DNA of 64,000 bases, taken from the NCBI GenBank assembly GCA_007693855.1, contig RECU01000053.1, positions 21,559 to 85,558 of the forward strand, read 5' to 3'. Numbering within the stretch: position 1 is the stretch's first letter; each line of letters starts with the position of its first letter. The position numbers and the translations under genes are program-made. Below, one piece after another: positions 52,756 to 63,128 of the stretch. This DNA is from Gammaproteobacteria bacterium. Lineage in GTDB: Bacteria > Pseudomonadota > Gammaproteobacteria > Steroidobacterales > PWYM01. Below the pieces are notes generated by a model. It made no database searches. It worked only from the letters and a program-made list of their open reading frames with translations, and had not been told where the DNA came from.

Positions 52756-53331
52756 ATGGCCGTGCCCGTGTTACCGCGACAGCCCCTGGGAAACGTCTTT
52801 TTGATCTGCCTGACCCTGGCGCTGAGCGTGCTGGTGGCGCCCCGAGCCGCCCAGGCGGCCACGGCAGCCGAAATCGAGGTCTCCGTAGACGCCGCCCTGG
52901 AGCGTTTCCGCAACGAGGTGAAGGGCGCGGAGAGCTTCCTCAGCTCTGCCAGCGGGCTGCTGGTGTTCCCACGGGTGATCAAGGCGGGTTTCGGCATCGG
53001 CGGGGAATACGGCGAGGGGGCGTTGCGCGTTGGTGGCAGCACCGAAGCCTACTACCGCACCACCGGAGCCTCGATCGGGTTCCAGCTCGGCGCCCAGTCG
53101 CGAACCATCATCATCGCCTTCATGGAAGACGCGGCGCTCGAGACCTTCCGCACCAGCCGCGGCTGGGAGGTCGGTGTCGACGGCTCCGTCGCGTTGATCA
53201 ACCTGGGCGCTGGCGCCGACCTCACCACCACCAACATCCGCGATCCGATCGTCGGCTTCGTTTTCGGCAATCGGGGGCTGATGTACAACCTCACGCTCGA
53301 GGGCACGAAAGTGTCACGGATCGAGCGCTGA
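52756..53331 (+). CDS. Exported Ysc84/SYLF lipid-binding domain protein
   Basis: Signal peptide, LVFP.VIKAGFGIGGEYGEG, SIGFQLGAQ, GWEVGVDGSVA, GLMYNLTLEGTK; ATG at 52756 with GGAG RBS. Confidence 0.88.
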   Translation: MAVPVLPRQPLGNVFLICLTLALSVLVAPRAAQAATAAEIEVSVDAALERFRNEVKGAESFLSSASGLLVFPRVIKAGFGIGGEYGEGALRVGGSTEAYYRTTGASIGFQLGAQSRTIIIAFMEDAALETFRTSRGWEVGVDGSVALINLGAGADLTTTNIRDPIVGFVFGNRGLMYNLTLEGTKVSRIER

Positions 53332-53483
53332 GTCGCGCGAATCCGGCCGCGGTCTCAAGGCGAACTGATGAGTATCCGCGGGAACACTGGCGTTGCCCGC
53401 CGGTCCTAGCTGACGGGTAAGGCAAGGACGCCAGCCGGCGTGCGCGGAATCAAGCCGCCGCCGGCCCTCAACAGGAGCAGACG

Positions 53484-54890
53484 ATGGAGCTGGACCCGGT
53501 CTTTCTGTCGCGAATTCAGTTCGCCTTCGTGGTCTCTTTCCATGCGATCTTTCCGGTGTTCACCATCGGCCTGGCCTCGTACATCGCCTATCTGGAAGCG
53601 CGGTTCTATCGCACGCGCAATCCGGTCTACGAGGAACTTTCGCATTTCTGGATCCGCGTCTTCGCCGTCGTGTTCGGCATGGGCGTGGTCTCCGGTATCG
53701 TCATGTCCTTCCAGTTCGGCACCAACTGGAGCGTGTTCTCCTTCGCCGCAGCGAATTTCCTCGGGCCGATCCTGAGCTATGAAGTGGTCACCGCCTTTTT
53801 CCTGGAAGCGGTGTTTCTCGGTGTGCTGCTGTTCGGCCGGAACAAGGTCCCAGCGGGCACCCACCTGTTCGCCGCGATCATGGTGGCCCTGGGCACCTTT
53901 ATTTCCTCGTTCTGGATCATCTCGGCGAACAGCTGGATGCACACGCCGGCGGGTGTGGAGCTGCAGGACGGCATCTTCCGCATCACCTCCTGGGGCGAAG
54001 CGATCTTCAATCCGTCGTTCTGGCCACGGTTTTTCCACATGGCGCTGGCCTCGTTCCTCACCGCAGGCTTCGTCGTGGTGGGCGTGAGCGCCTGGTACCT
54101 GCGCCAGGGTCGCGTCCGCGAGTCTGCCAGTCGCGCGCTGGCCATGACCATCGTGCTGCTTGCGGTCATCGCGCCGGCACAGCTGGTGGTCGGCGACCTG
54201 CATGGCCTGAACACCTTCGAGCACCAGCCCGAGAAGGTGGCCGCCATGGAAGGCTTGTGGGAGACCACCGAGGGGGCGCCACTGCTGTTGTTCGCGCTGC
54301 CCAGCCAGTCGCAGGAACGGAATTTTCTGGAAGTCGGTATCCCCAAACTGGCGAGCCTGGTGCTGACTCACCAGCTCGACGGTGAGGTGCGCGGCCTCAA
54401 GGACTGGGCACCTGAAGATCGACCACCCGTCGCGCTGGTGTTCTGGAGCTTCCGCATCATGGTGGCGATCGGGCTGCTCATGATCGGCGTGGCCCTCACC
54501 GGCCTGGTGCTGCGCCTGCGCGGTCGCTTGACCGAGTCTCCGCGTTTCCTCAGGGTGTGCACCTGGATGATCCCGATGCCCTTCATTGCGGTGCTCGCCG
54601 GCTGGTTCACCACCGAGGTGGGGCGTCAGCCCTGGGTGGTGCACGGCATGATGCGGGTCGAGGAGGCCATCACGCCGTCGCTCACCGGGCCGATGGCGCT
54701 GTTCTCGCTGGTCGGCTTCATCGTTGTCTACTCGGTGGTGTTCATCGCCGGGGCCTATTACCTGGTGCGCGTGATCCGCTCAGGCCCGGAGGCCTACCGA
54801 CCGCAACGCGAGGAGGAAGGTCGGGCCAAGCGGCCATTGTCGGCCGTCGATACACCACTCGAAGACGCGCCGGCAGGCGCGACGTCCTGA
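53484..54890 (+). CDS. cydA: Cytochrome bd ubiquinol oxidase subunit I (short Q-loop, CIO-like)
   Basis: LSRIQF...H, FQFGTNW, ANSWMHTP, QPEKVAAMEG, EVGRQPW. Confidence 0.97.
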   Translation: MELDPVFLSRIQFAFVVSFHAIFPVFTIGLASYIAYLEARFYRTRNPVYEELSHFWIRVFAVVFGMGVVSGIVMSFQFGTNWSVFSFAAANFLGPILSYEVVTAFFLEAVFLGVLLFGRNKVPAGTHLFAAIMVALGTFISSFWIISANSWMHTPAGVELQDGIFRITSWGEAIFNPSFWPRFFHMALASFLTAGFVVVGVSAWYLRQGRVRESASRALAMTIVLLAVIAPAQLVVGDLHGLNTFEHQPEKVAAMEGLWETTEGAPLLLFALPSQSQERNFLEVGIPKLASLVLTHQLDGEVRGLKDWAPEDRPPVALVFWSFRIMVAIGLLMIGVALTGLVLRLRGRLTESPRFLRVCTWMIPMPFIAVLAGWFTTEVGRQPWVVHGMMRVEEAITPSLTGPMALFSLVGFIVVYSVVFIAGAYYLVRVIRSGPEAYRPQREEEGRAKRPLSAVDTPLEDAPAGATS

Positions 54891-54900
54891 GGGACAGCTG

Positions 54901-55905
54901 ATGGAACTCATCGATCTGACGTTGATCTGGCTGGTGATCATCGGCTTCGGCGTGTTCATGTACGTGCTGATGGATGGCTTCGACCTGGGCGTGGGCATCC
55001 TCTTTCCGTTCGCGCCAGGCGAGCGGGCGCGCAACGCCATGATGAACTCGGTCGCGCCGGTCTGGGACGGCAACGAGACCTGGCTGGTCCTCGGCGGCGC
55101 GGGGCTGCTCGCCGCCTTCCCGCTGGTCTATGCGGTGTTTCTGCCGGCCCTCTACATCGGCGTGTTTCTGCTGCTTGCCGGGCTGATCTTCCGGGGTGTG
55201 GCCTTCGAGTTCCGCTTCAAGGCGCGCACGTCACGCTACCTCTGGGACCGCGCCTTCAATATCGGCTCAACCGTAGCGGCCTTCGCCCAGGGTGCCGTGG
55301 TCGGTGCGTATATCCAGGGTTTCCGGGTGGAGAACTTCCAGTACGTGGGCGGCCCCTTCGACTGGCTGACGCCGTTCACGGTGATGACCGGACTGGGCGT
55401 GGTGGCAGGCTATGCGCTGCTGGGCGCGGCCTGGGTGATCATGAAAACCGAGGGCGAGGTGCAGGACTGGGCCTGGCGCACCCTGCCCTGGCTGCTCGGC
55501 GCGGTGATGGTGGTGTTTGTCGTGGTCTCGGTCTGGACGCCGCTTGCGCAACCCCGGGTACTGGAAAGATGGCTGGATAACGCCCACATCCTCTGGGTGT
55601 TCCCGACCACCACCGTGCTCGTGGCGGGCTACGTCTGGCGGGCGATCAGGCGACGCGATGAAGGCACCCCGTTCGTCGCCTCGATGATCCTGTTCGCGCT
55701 GTTCTATCTCGGACTGCTGATCAGCATGTGGCCTTATGCCGTCCCCCCGGACCACACCTTCTGGGATGCCGCCTCGGCGCCGGAGTCGCAGCTCTTCCTG
55801 CTGATCGGCTTCCTGTTCGTGATTCCCATTGTGCTGGGCTACACCGCCTGGACGTACTGGGTCTTCCGCGGCAAGGTCTCGGAGGAGGCTGGCTACGGCC
55901 ACTGA
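54901..55905 (+). CDS. cydB: Cytochrome bd ubiquinol oxidase subunit II
   Basis: DGFDLGVG, PVWDGNETWL, RGVAFEFR, YWVFRGKV. Confidence 0.97.
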   Translation: MELIDLTLIWLVIIGFGVFMYVLMDGFDLGVGILFPFAPGERARNAMMNSVAPVWDGNETWLVLGGAGLLAAFPLVYAVFLPALYIGVFLLLAGLIFRGVAFEFRFKARTSRYLWDRAFNIGSTVAAFAQGAVVGAYIQGFRVENFQYVGGPFDWLTPFTVMTGLGVVAGYALLGAAWVIMKTEGEVQDWAWRTLPWLLGAVMVVFVVVSVWTPLAQPRVLERWLDNAHILWVFPTTTVLVAGYVWRAIRRRDEGTPFVASMILFALFYLGLLISMWPYAVPPDHTFWDAASAPESQLFLLIGFLFVIPIVLGYTAWTYWVFRGKVSEEAGYGH

Positions 55906-55909
55906 CCAG

Positions 55910-57667
55910 GTGACCGCTGCCGCGCGCCCCGGCCCTGCCGCCCGGCGCGGAGACTCGCCGGAACAGTGGCTGCTGTCGCTGGTTCCGCGGCACGCACTGG
56001 CCGGTGTGATGGCCTGGCGGGCCGCCGAAACGCTGGGTCTGCTGACCCTGCTCATCGGGCTCGCGCTGGCGCTGGCGGCCGGGGTCGGACTCCCGGCTGC
56101 GGCGGCGCCGCAGCTCTCGCTCCTGCTGGCGATCGCGGCGACCGGTGCCGTGCTGCGTGCGCTCGCGCTCCATCGCGGGGAACGCGCGGGCGCAAGGCTG
56201 GCCAGCAGCCTGGTGACCACACTGCGACAGCATCTGCTGGCCCGGTCGGTGCAGCCTCGCTGGCAGTTGCAACAGACCGCGGATACCGCAGCCCTGACGC
56301 TGCGACTCACCCGCGAACTCGAGACCCTCGAGCCCTACTACCGCCGTTACCTGCCAGCCCTGGGCGTGGCCGTACTGCAGCCCCTGCTGATCCTGCTGCT
56401 GGTGCTGCCGCTGGACTGGCTCGCCGGACTGGTGCTGCTCGGGACTGCACCATTGATTCCACTATTCATGGTGCTGATCGGCATGGGCAGTGCGCGGCTG
56501 GCCGAAGAGCAGCACTCGCGGCTGGCAAGAATGGGTGCGATGTTCCTGGACCGCCTGCGGGGGCTACAGACGCTGCGACTGTTCAGGCGCACCGACAGCG
56601 CCGTGCAGGACATCGGGCAGGCCGCCGAGGCCTGGCGAGGCGCCACCATGCGGGTGCTGCGGGTCGCTTTTCTATCCTCGGCGGTGCTGGAGTTTTTTGC
56701 TGCGGTCGCCATCGCCACGGTGGCCATCTACATCGGTCTGGCGCTGCTTGGGTTCTTCACTCTGGGGCCCGCGCCGGAGATGACGCTGGCCGCCGGCCTC
56801 GTGATCCTGGTGCTGGCCCCCGAATACTTCGCACCGCTGAGACGACTCGCCCAGCATTATCATGACCGGGCTGCGGCACTGGCCGCGGTCCCGGCCTTGC
56901 GTGCCATGGATGAGCCGGCCGACATGGCGGCGGCGCCCCTGGCCCGCCACGCCCTGGAGCGCGACCCCGCCGCGGCGACGGCCCGGCGGCCGCGACGCTG
57001 GCCCGCGCCGCCGGCGGTACGCCTGGAGCGCGTCACGCTGCGCTGGCCCCGGGCCATGCAACCAGCCGTCCAGGCGCTTTCTCTGACCATCGCCGCCGGC
57101 GAATGGCTGGCCGTGACCGGGCCATCAGGCTGCGGCAAAAGCACCCTGGCCGCGGCGCTGCTCGGCTGGTTGCCGGTCGAGACGGGCGATCTGCTGATCG
57201 ACGGGCGGCACCCTGCGGCCTACCCGCCGGAGGAACTCGCGGCGAATCTCGGCTGGCTCGGTCAGCAACCGCAGCTGCTGAACGCCACCCTGCGGGCGAA
57301 TCTTGCACCCTCAGGGGAGAGCGATACCGCCGCCCTCGCGGCGTTGGCGCAACGCGTTGGCCTGACGGACGTGGTGGCAGCGCTGCCCGCCGGTCTCGAC
57401 ACCCGGCTCGGTGAAGATGGTGCCGGACTCTCCGGTGGCGAAGCCCAACGGGTGGCCCTGGCACGCGCGCTGCACCGGGCACCCCGCCTGCTGGTCCTCG
57501 ATGAACCGACCGCCAGCCTCGACGCAGCGCACGAACAGGCGCTGCTCGGGCGCCTCAGGGCGCTCGGCGGGACGGCCACGATCGTGATGCTGACCCACAG
57601 CGAGGCAGCAGCGGCCGCGGCGGATCGCAGGGTTACCCTGCCGACGCGCGCAGGGCCGGCGGCATGA
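55910..57667 (+). CDS. cydD: CydDC ABC exporter subunit CydD
   Basis: YYRRYLP, TAPLIPLFM, FLDRLRGL, TMRVLRVAFLSSAVLEFF, LAPEYF, GPSGCGKS, LSGGE; GTG start at 55910. Confidence 0.92.
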   Translation: MTAAARPGPAARRGDSPEQWLLSLVPRHALAGVMAWRAAETLGLLTLLIGLALALAAGVGLPAAAAPQLSLLLAIAATGAVLRALALHRGERAGARLASSLVTTLRQHLLARSVQPRWQLQQTADTAALTLRLTRELETLEPYYRRYLPALGVAVLQPLLILLLVLPLDWLAGLVLLGTAPLIPLFMVLIGMGSARLAEEQHSRLARMGAMFLDRLRGLQTLRLFRRTDSAVQDIGQAAEAWRGATMRVLRVAFLSSAVLEFFAAVAIATVAIYIGLALLGFFTLGPAPEMTLAAGLVILVLAPEYFAPLRRLAQHYHDRAAALAAVPALRAMDEPADMAAAPLARHALERDPAAATARRPRRWPAPPAVRLERVTLRWPRAMQPAVQALSLTIAAGEWLAVTGPSGCGKSTLAAALLGWLPVETGDLLIDGRHPAAYPPEELAANLGWLGQQPQLLNATLRANLAPSGESDTAALAALAQRVGLTDVVAALPAGLDTRLGEDGAGLSGGEAQRVALARALHRAPRLLVLDEPTASLDAAHEQALLGRLRALGGTATIVMLTHSEAAAAAADRRVTLPTRAGPAA

Positions 57668-59373
57668 ACGATCTCCGCCGGCTGTTCGCGCTGACCTGCC
57701 GCCCGCAGCGGGCCTGGTTGCTGGCGACGGTACTGCTGGCGACACTCGCCGCCGGCGCGGCGACCGGGCTGGTCGCGACCGCCGGCTGGCTGCTGACCGC
57801 CAGCGCCATCACGGGTGCAGTCCTGGCCGCTGGCGGCGTCGCCCGGCTGGAAATCTTCGGTCCGGGCGCGTTGATCCGCCTGTTCGCGGTCACCCGCACG
57901 GTGGCCCGCTACGCCGAACGCTTGATCGGCCATGAGAGTATTTTTCGGCTGCTGACCCGATTGCGGCCGAGAGTGTTCGCCGGTCTCGCAGCGCAGTCCT
58001 GGCCGGTGATCGGGCGCCTGCGGCGGGCCCTGGTGCTGAACCGGCTGATTGGCGACGTCGAGGCGCTGGAGGGATTTCCGGCCGGCATGCTCAGCGCCGC
58101 GCTGGCCGTGCTGCTGGCGGGCGGGGCCTTCAGCCTCGTGCTGGCCTGGCTGCTGCCGGCACCCATCGCCTGGGCGGGCCTGGTCCTGACCCTGCTGCTG
58201 GCGGGGCTGCCGGTGCTGGCGGGCTGGCGGGCACAGCCCCGCGAGTATCGCGCGGCCCTGCTGCGCGAGCGCCTGCAGCGCGATCTGCTGGAACGCCTGG
58301 CGGCCAGTCGGGAACTCGTCTTCGCCGACCCAGCCGACCATCGCCGCCACGCCCTGGCCCGGCTGGATGCACGCCTCGCCGCCGCCGCGATCGCCAGGGC
58401 GTCACGCGCGAGTGCCGCCGATGCCACTGGTGTGCTGATCCTGCACCTGTCTCTGTGCGGCCTGCTGGCGGTGTTGGCGGGCTGGCTTGCGGCCGGCGCC
58501 ATCAGCCCTGCCCGCGCGGGGCTCGCGATCCTCGGCCTGCTGGCCCTGGCCGGGATCACCGCCGGACTGGCGGAGAGCTGGCAGGGCTATGCCCGCACCC
58601 GTCTGGGACTGCGGAGACTCGGTATCGAGGCTGTCGCGACGCCCAGCATCGCTGAACACCGGCATGGCGCGCCGGGCGTGGCTGGAGGACGGCCCGTCGA
58701 GTGGCCGGCAGGCGGCGACGCGGTCGCCGCGGCGGGCTGGCGCCTTGATGCCGTCGGCCTCAGCCAGGGCGTCGCGGACCGGCCGGTACTCGATGGACTC
58801 ATGCTCGACATCGCGCCCGGCGAGGTCATCACCATTACCGGACGCTCCGGCAGTGGCAAGAGCAGCCTGCTCGCCCTGCTGGCCGGCCTGCGCCGCCCCG
58901 ACGAGGGACAGGTGCTGCTCGACGGTCGTGCGGCCAGCGACTGGCCAGAGCGGGTGCGGTTTTCGCGGATCGCCGTCTGCGAGCAGCGGACCACGCTGCT
59001 CGCGGGCACACTGGCAGACAACCTGGCATTGGGGATACCGGGCGGCGCAGAACCCGGCGAACTGCAGGCAGCCCTCTCAGCCGTGGGCCTCGATGAACTC
59101 GCCGGCGAGCTCGACACCTGGCTGGGACCGGGCGGACGCGAGCTCTCCGGGGGCGAGGCACGCCGGGTCGCAGTGCTGCGGGCGGCCCTGTGCCCGGCCG
59201 GGGCACTGCTGCTCGACGAGCCTTTTCGCGGCCTCGATGACACCGCCAGTGACGCCTTGAGTCGATGGCTGGCTGCGCGCTGGCGCGGCCGGACGGTGGT
59301 GGTCTTCGATCACGTGGCCCGGGGCAGCTGGCCTGACCGGCGGGTGCTGACCCTGGCGGAGGGTCGCCTGTGA
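57664..59373 (+). CDS. cydC: CydDC ABC exporter subunit CydC
   Basis: IRLFAVTRTVARYAERLIGH, GRSGSGKS, LSGGEARR, LLLDEP; ATGA overlap with cydD. Confidence 0.9.
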   Translation: MNDLRRLFALTCRPQRAWLLATVLLATLAAGAATGLVATAGWLLTASAITGAVLAAGGVARLEIFGPGALIRLFAVTRTVARYAERLIGHESIFRLLTRLRPRVFAGLAAQSWPVIGRLRRALVLNRLIGDVEALEGFPAGMLSAALAVLLAGGAFSLVLAWLLPAPIAWAGLVLTLLLAGLPVLAGWRAQPREYRAALLRERLQRDLLERLAASRELVFADPADHRRHALARLDARLAAAAIARASRASAADATGVLILHLSLCGLLAVLAGWLAAGAISPARAGLAILGLLALAGITAGLAESWQGYARTRLGLRRLGIEAVATPSIAEHRHGAPGVAGGRPVEWPAGGDAVAAAGWRLDAVGLSQGVADRPVLDGLMLDIAPGEVITITGRSGSGKSSLLALLAGLRRPDEGQVLLDGRAASDWPERVRFSRIAVCEQRTTLLAGTLADNLALGIPGGAEPGELQAALSAVGLDELAGELDTWLGPGGRELSGGEARRVAVLRAALCPAGALLLDEPFRGLDDTASDALSRWLAARWRGRTVVVFDHVARGSWPDRRVLTLAEGRL

Positions 59374-59384
59374 GCGGCAAAAAG

Positions 59385-59476
59385 TGGCGGAGAGGGTGGG
59401 ATTCGAACCCACGTGGGGCGTAATGCCCCCAACCGATTTCGAGTCGGTGCCGTTATGACCGCTTCGGTACCTCTCC
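59385..59476 (-). tRNA. tRNA-Ser (anticodon CGA)
   Basis: Reverse complement reads GGAGAGG...ACCGA-CTCGAAA-TCGGT, long variable arm, GTTCGAATC T-loop, CCTCTCC-G-CCA (encoded CCA). Confidence 0.97.
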
Positions 59477-59653
59477 GTCGCAGGGCCCACTCGGGCAAGC
59501 CAATGCCCGAGCAAGCAGAAAAGTATACTGCAATCTGACGGTGCGGTCATGGCCCTTGCGACAGGCGGGGGCGGGTGGCGGAAGCCAGCCAACGCAGGGC
59601 GGTATACTCCCGCCGGGGCCGGTTGCCGGCTCGGCGCGGAGGCGGAACCCAGC

Positions 59654-61051
59654 TTGCGGCACCTGTTGATCATCCTGGCCTGTTCCGGACTGGTGACCTG
59701 TTCCCAGACGCCGTCACTGCTTGCGCAGATCCAGGCGCTGGGCGAGTTGCGGGTGGTCACGCGCAACAGCCTCACAACCTATTACGTGGGCCTTGAGGGG
59801 CCGATGGGTCCCGAGTATGAACTCGCCCGCGGCCTGGCCGATCAGCTCGGCGTGGGACTGTACATCTATACCCCCGACAGTTTCGACACCACTTTGGCCG
59901 AGCTGATCTCTAACCGGGCGCATGTCGCGGCGGCTGGCCTGACAGTCACGCCGGCACGCCGCACACGGGTGGATTTCGGCCCGCCCTACGGCGAGGTATA
60001 CCCACAACTGGTGCAGCGGCTGGGAGCCCCGCAGGTCCGCAGTCTCGAGGCACTGGCCGCGCTGGAAGACGTTCGTCTCCAGGTGCTCGCCGGCTCCAGT
60101 CATGTGGAGCTGCTCGAGCGCCTCGCCAAGCTTCATCCCACGCTGCATTGGGAGGCGGTGCAGACGGTGGACGTCGATGAACTGCTGTCCCGAGTGGCCA
60201 ATGGCGATGCCGATTTCACGCTGGTGGATTCAAGCGAGTTCCAGGTGGCACGCCACCTGTACCCGGAGCTGCGTGCAGTCTTCGATGTTGGCGAGCCTGA
60301 GCCCGTGGCCTGGGCGCTGACCCGGCGACGCAACGATCCAAGCCTCCGCGAAGCGGTGTCCCGCTATTTTGCCGCGCTGGAGGCCGAGGCCGAGCTCGCT
60401 GGTCTGTTTCAGCGCTATCTCGAGCCGGTGGGCGACTACGATTACGTCAGCACCCGGGCCTTCGTGACCCACTTCGATACCCGATTACCGAAATACCGCG
60501 ACTATTTTCATGCGGCCGCGACAGAGACCGGGTTCGACTGGCGGCTGCTGGCGGCCGTCGGTTACCAGGAGTCCCACTGGAATCCCAAGGCAGTCTCCCC
60601 GACCGGTGTCCGCGGGATCATGATGCTGACGCAGCGCACAGCCAACGCCCTGGAGATCGAGGACCGTGTCGACCCCTTCCAGAGCATCATGGGCGGCGCG
60701 CGCTACCTTGCCCAGCAGCACGCCCGCATCCCCGATCGGATCCCGGAGCCGGACCGCACCTGGTTGGCCCTGGCCGCCTACAACATCGGCTGGGGGCACC
60801 TCGAAGACGCGAGAGTCCTCACCGAGATCAACGGCGCCGATCCGGACAGCTGGGCCGACGTGCGTGACCACCTGCCGCTGCTGACCCAGCGGCAGTGGTA
60901 CAGCCGCGTGCGCCGGGGCTTTGCCCGCGGCTGGCAGCCGGTGCACTACGTCGACAACATCCAGCGCTACTACCAGGTCCTGCAGTGGATGACCGCGGGG
61001 GAGCAGATCGCGGAAGAGGAGCTTATCGCCGGCCCTGGAAGAAGCCCCTGA
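59654..61051 (+). CDS. mltF: Membrane-bound lytic murein transglycosylase F
   Basis: SBP domain (GELRVVTRNS) plus SLT domain (YQESHW, SPTGVRGIMMLT, AAYNIG); TTG start at 59654 with GGAGG; start uncertain. Confidence 0.94.
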   Translation: MRHLLIILACSGLVTCSQTPSLLAQIQALGELRVVTRNSLTTYYVGLEGPMGPEYELARGLADQLGVGLYIYTPDSFDTTLAELISNRAHVAAAGLTVTPARRTRVDFGPPYGEVYPQLVQRLGAPQVRSLEALAALEDVRLQVLAGSSHVELLERLAKLHPTLHWEAVQTVDVDELLSRVANGDADFTLVDSSEFQVARHLYPELRAVFDVGEPEPVAWALTRRRNDPSLREAVSRYFAALEAEAELAGLFQRYLEPVGDYDYVSTRAFVTHFDTRLPKYRDYFHAAATETGFDWRLLAAVGYQESHWNPKAVSPTGVRGIMMLTQRTANALEIEDRVDPFQSIMGGARYLAQQHARIPDRIPEPDRTWLALAAYNIGWGHLEDARVLTEINGADPDSWADVRDHLPLLTQRQWYSRVRRGFARGWQPVHYVDNIQRYYQVLQWMTAGEQIAEEELIAGPGRSP

Positions 61052-61478
61052 GCAGCTGCGCGCTCTCCTCGGCCAGCACCCCGCCAGTCACCTCCAGGCG
61101 ATGATTGAGTGTCGGGTGCTGCACCAGGTTCATCAGGCTGCCACAGGCCCCCGTGCGCGGATCAGGCGCAGCGAAAACCACCCGGCTCACGCGCGCGTGC
61201 ACCATGGCCATTGCGCACATGGGACAAGGCTCCAGGGTCACGTAAAACGTCGTCCCGGTCAGCCGGTAGTTTCCCAAGCGCAGGCCGGCTTCGCGCAGCA
61301 CCAGCATCTCGGCATGCGCGGTGGGGTCGTTCAGACCGATCGGCCGGTTCCAGGCGGCCGCGAGACACTCGCCCTCGGGGCTGACCAGCAGGGCACCGAC
61401 AGGCACCTCGCCGTGGCGCTCGGCCTCACGGGCAAGCTCAAGCGCCCGGCTCATCCAGCCGGTGTCGGCTATTCCCAC
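61023..61478 (-). CDS. tadA: tRNA adenosine(34) deaminase
   Basis: [29 protein letters not shown] end. Confidence 0.96.
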   Translation of the reverse strand: MGIADTGWMSRALELAREAERHGEVPVGALLVSPEGECLAAAWNRPIGLNDPTAHAEMLVLREAGLRLGNYRLTGTTFYVTLEPCPMCAMAMVHARVSRVVFAAPDPRTGACGSLMNLVQHPTLNHRLEVTGGVLAEESAQLLRGFFQGRR

Positions 61479-63115
61479 TCGATGGTCGCCGGCGGCTTGC
61501 CGGAGATGTCGTAGGTGACGCGCGAGATGCCCGCGACCTCGTTGATGATCCGCCGCGAGACGAGATCGAGGAACTCGTAAGGCAGATGCGCCCAGCGCGC
61601 GGTCATGAAGTCGATGGTTTCCACCGCGCGCAGTGCGATGACCCAGTCATAGCGCCGACCGTCGCCCATCACCCCGACCGAGCGTACCGGCAGGAACACG
61701 GCAAACGCCTGGCTGACCTTGTCGTAGAGATCATGCCGGCGCAGTTCCTCGATGAAAATGTGGTCGGCGCGCCGCAGCAGCTCCGCATACGCTTCGTGGA
61801 CTTCACCGAGGATCCGCACGCCCAGCCCCGGACCCGGGAAGGGATGACGGTAGACCATCGCCGGCGGTAGCCCGAGTTCCACACCGAGCCGGCGGACCTC
61901 ATCCTTGAACAGATCCCGCAACGGCTCGATCAGCGAGAGCTTCATGTGCTCCGGCAGCCCGCCGACGTTGTGGTGGGACTTGATCACGTGGGCCTTGCCG
62001 GTCTTGCTGCCCGCCGACTCGATCACGTCAGGGTAGATCGTGCCCTGCGCCAGCCAGCGCACGTCATCGAGTTTCCCGGCTTCCTCGTCAAACACCGCGA
62101 TGAACTCGCGGCCGATGATCTTGCGCTTGGCCTCCGGATCGCTGACACCGGCCAGCGCACCCAGGAAACGCTCGGCGGCGTTGACGCGGATGACATTGAC
62201 GCCGAGGTGTTCCGCGAAGGTCGCCATCACCTGGTCGCCCTCTCCCAGGCGCAGCAGCCCATGGTCGACGAACACACAGACCAGCTGCTCGCCGATCGCC
62301 GCATGCAGCAGCGCCGCCACCACGGAGGAGTCCACGCCGCCGGAGAGCCCGAGCAGCACGCGGTCCTGGCCCACCTGCTCACGCACCCGGGCGATGTGCT
62401 CGGCGGCGATATTGCCGGCATTCCACACCGGCGGACAGCCGCACAGCCCCAGAACGAAGCGCTCGAGAATGGCACGACCCTGCAGGGTATGGGTGACCTC
62501 GGGATGAAACTGCAGCCCATAGAAGCCACGGCGCTCATCGGCCATGGCCGCCAGCGGTGCATTTGGCGTGCTCGCCACGGCACTGAACCCCGGGGGCAGG
62601 CGCTCGACCCGGTCGCCGTGGCTCATCCAGACTTTCAGGCGCGGCTGGCCGCCCGCCTGCTCGGCATCGCCCGGGCCCTCGCCCGGCGCATGCCCAGGGC
62701 CCTCGCCGGTCGCGTCGTTCAACCCGTCGAGCAGCCGGCTGCTGGCGCCCAGCGTGACCTCGGCATAGCCGAATTCGCGGTGCGCGGAGCCCGCCACCTG
62801 GCCACCGAGCTGCGCAGCCATGGTCTGCATGCCATAGCAGATGCCCAGCACCGGCACACCGAGCTCGAAAACCACATCGGCGGCACGCGGGCCGTCGCCG
62901 ACGGTGACCGATTCGGGGCCACCTGAGAGGATGATGCCCGCAGGGGCGAACGTACGGATCTCCCCACCGGACACATCCCAGGGCAGGATTTCACTGTAGA
63001 CGCCAGCCTCGCGTACACGCCGGGCAATCAGCTGCGTGTACTGCGAGCCGAAATCGAGGATCAGGATCTTGTGGGCGTGCAGATCCGGCAGGGTCGCCGC
63101 GGCATCGACGTTCAC
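61469..63115 (-). CDS. guaA: GMP synthase (glutamine-hydrolysing)
   Basis: [44 protein letters not shown]; start placed at GTG 63115. Confidence 0.98.
   Translation of the reverse strand: MNVDAAATLPDLHAHKILILDFGSQYTQLIARRVREAGVYSEILPWDVSGGEIRTFAPAGIILSGGPESVTVGDGPRAADVVFELGVPVLGICYGMQTMAAQLGGQVAGSAHREFGYAEVTLGASSRLLDGLNDATGEGPGHAPGEGPGDAEQAGGQPRLKVWMSHGDRVERLPPGFSAVASTPNAPLAAMADERRGFYGLQFHPEVTHTLQGRAILERFVLGLCGCPPVWNAGNIAAEHIARVREQVGQDRVLLGLSGGVDSSVVAALLHAAIGEQLVCVFVDHGLLRLGEGDQVMATFAEHLGVNVIRVNAAERFLGALAGVSDPEAKRKIIGREFIAVFDEEAGKLDDVRWLAQGTIYPDVIESAGSKTGKAHVIKSHHNVGGLPEHMKLSLIEPLRDLFKDEVRRLGVELGLPPAMVYRHPFPGPGLGVRILGEVHEAYAELLRRADHIFIEELRRHDLYDKVSQAFAVFLPVRSVGVMGDGRRYDWVIALRAVETIDFMTARWAHLPYEFLDLVSRRIINEVAGISRVTYDISGKPPATIEWE
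62664..62711. repeat. Imperfect 24-bp tandem duplication inside guaA
   Basis: gcatcgcccgggccctcgcccggc / gcatgcccagggccctcgccggtc (19/24 identical), encoding GEGPG twice. Confidence 0.7.
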
Positions 63116-63128
63116 GGGGGCCTCCGGC

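Noticed and set aside
53332-53483. FNR/Anr box upstream of cydA
   Set aside because: Only an ATCAA half-site with no matching TTGAT.
59354-59364. TGGCGGAGGGT resembling the tRNA-Ser 3' end (possible att site)
   Set aside because: It is short, only about 30 bp from the tRNA, and explained by the LAEG codons ending the CydC ABC domain; no integrase is present.
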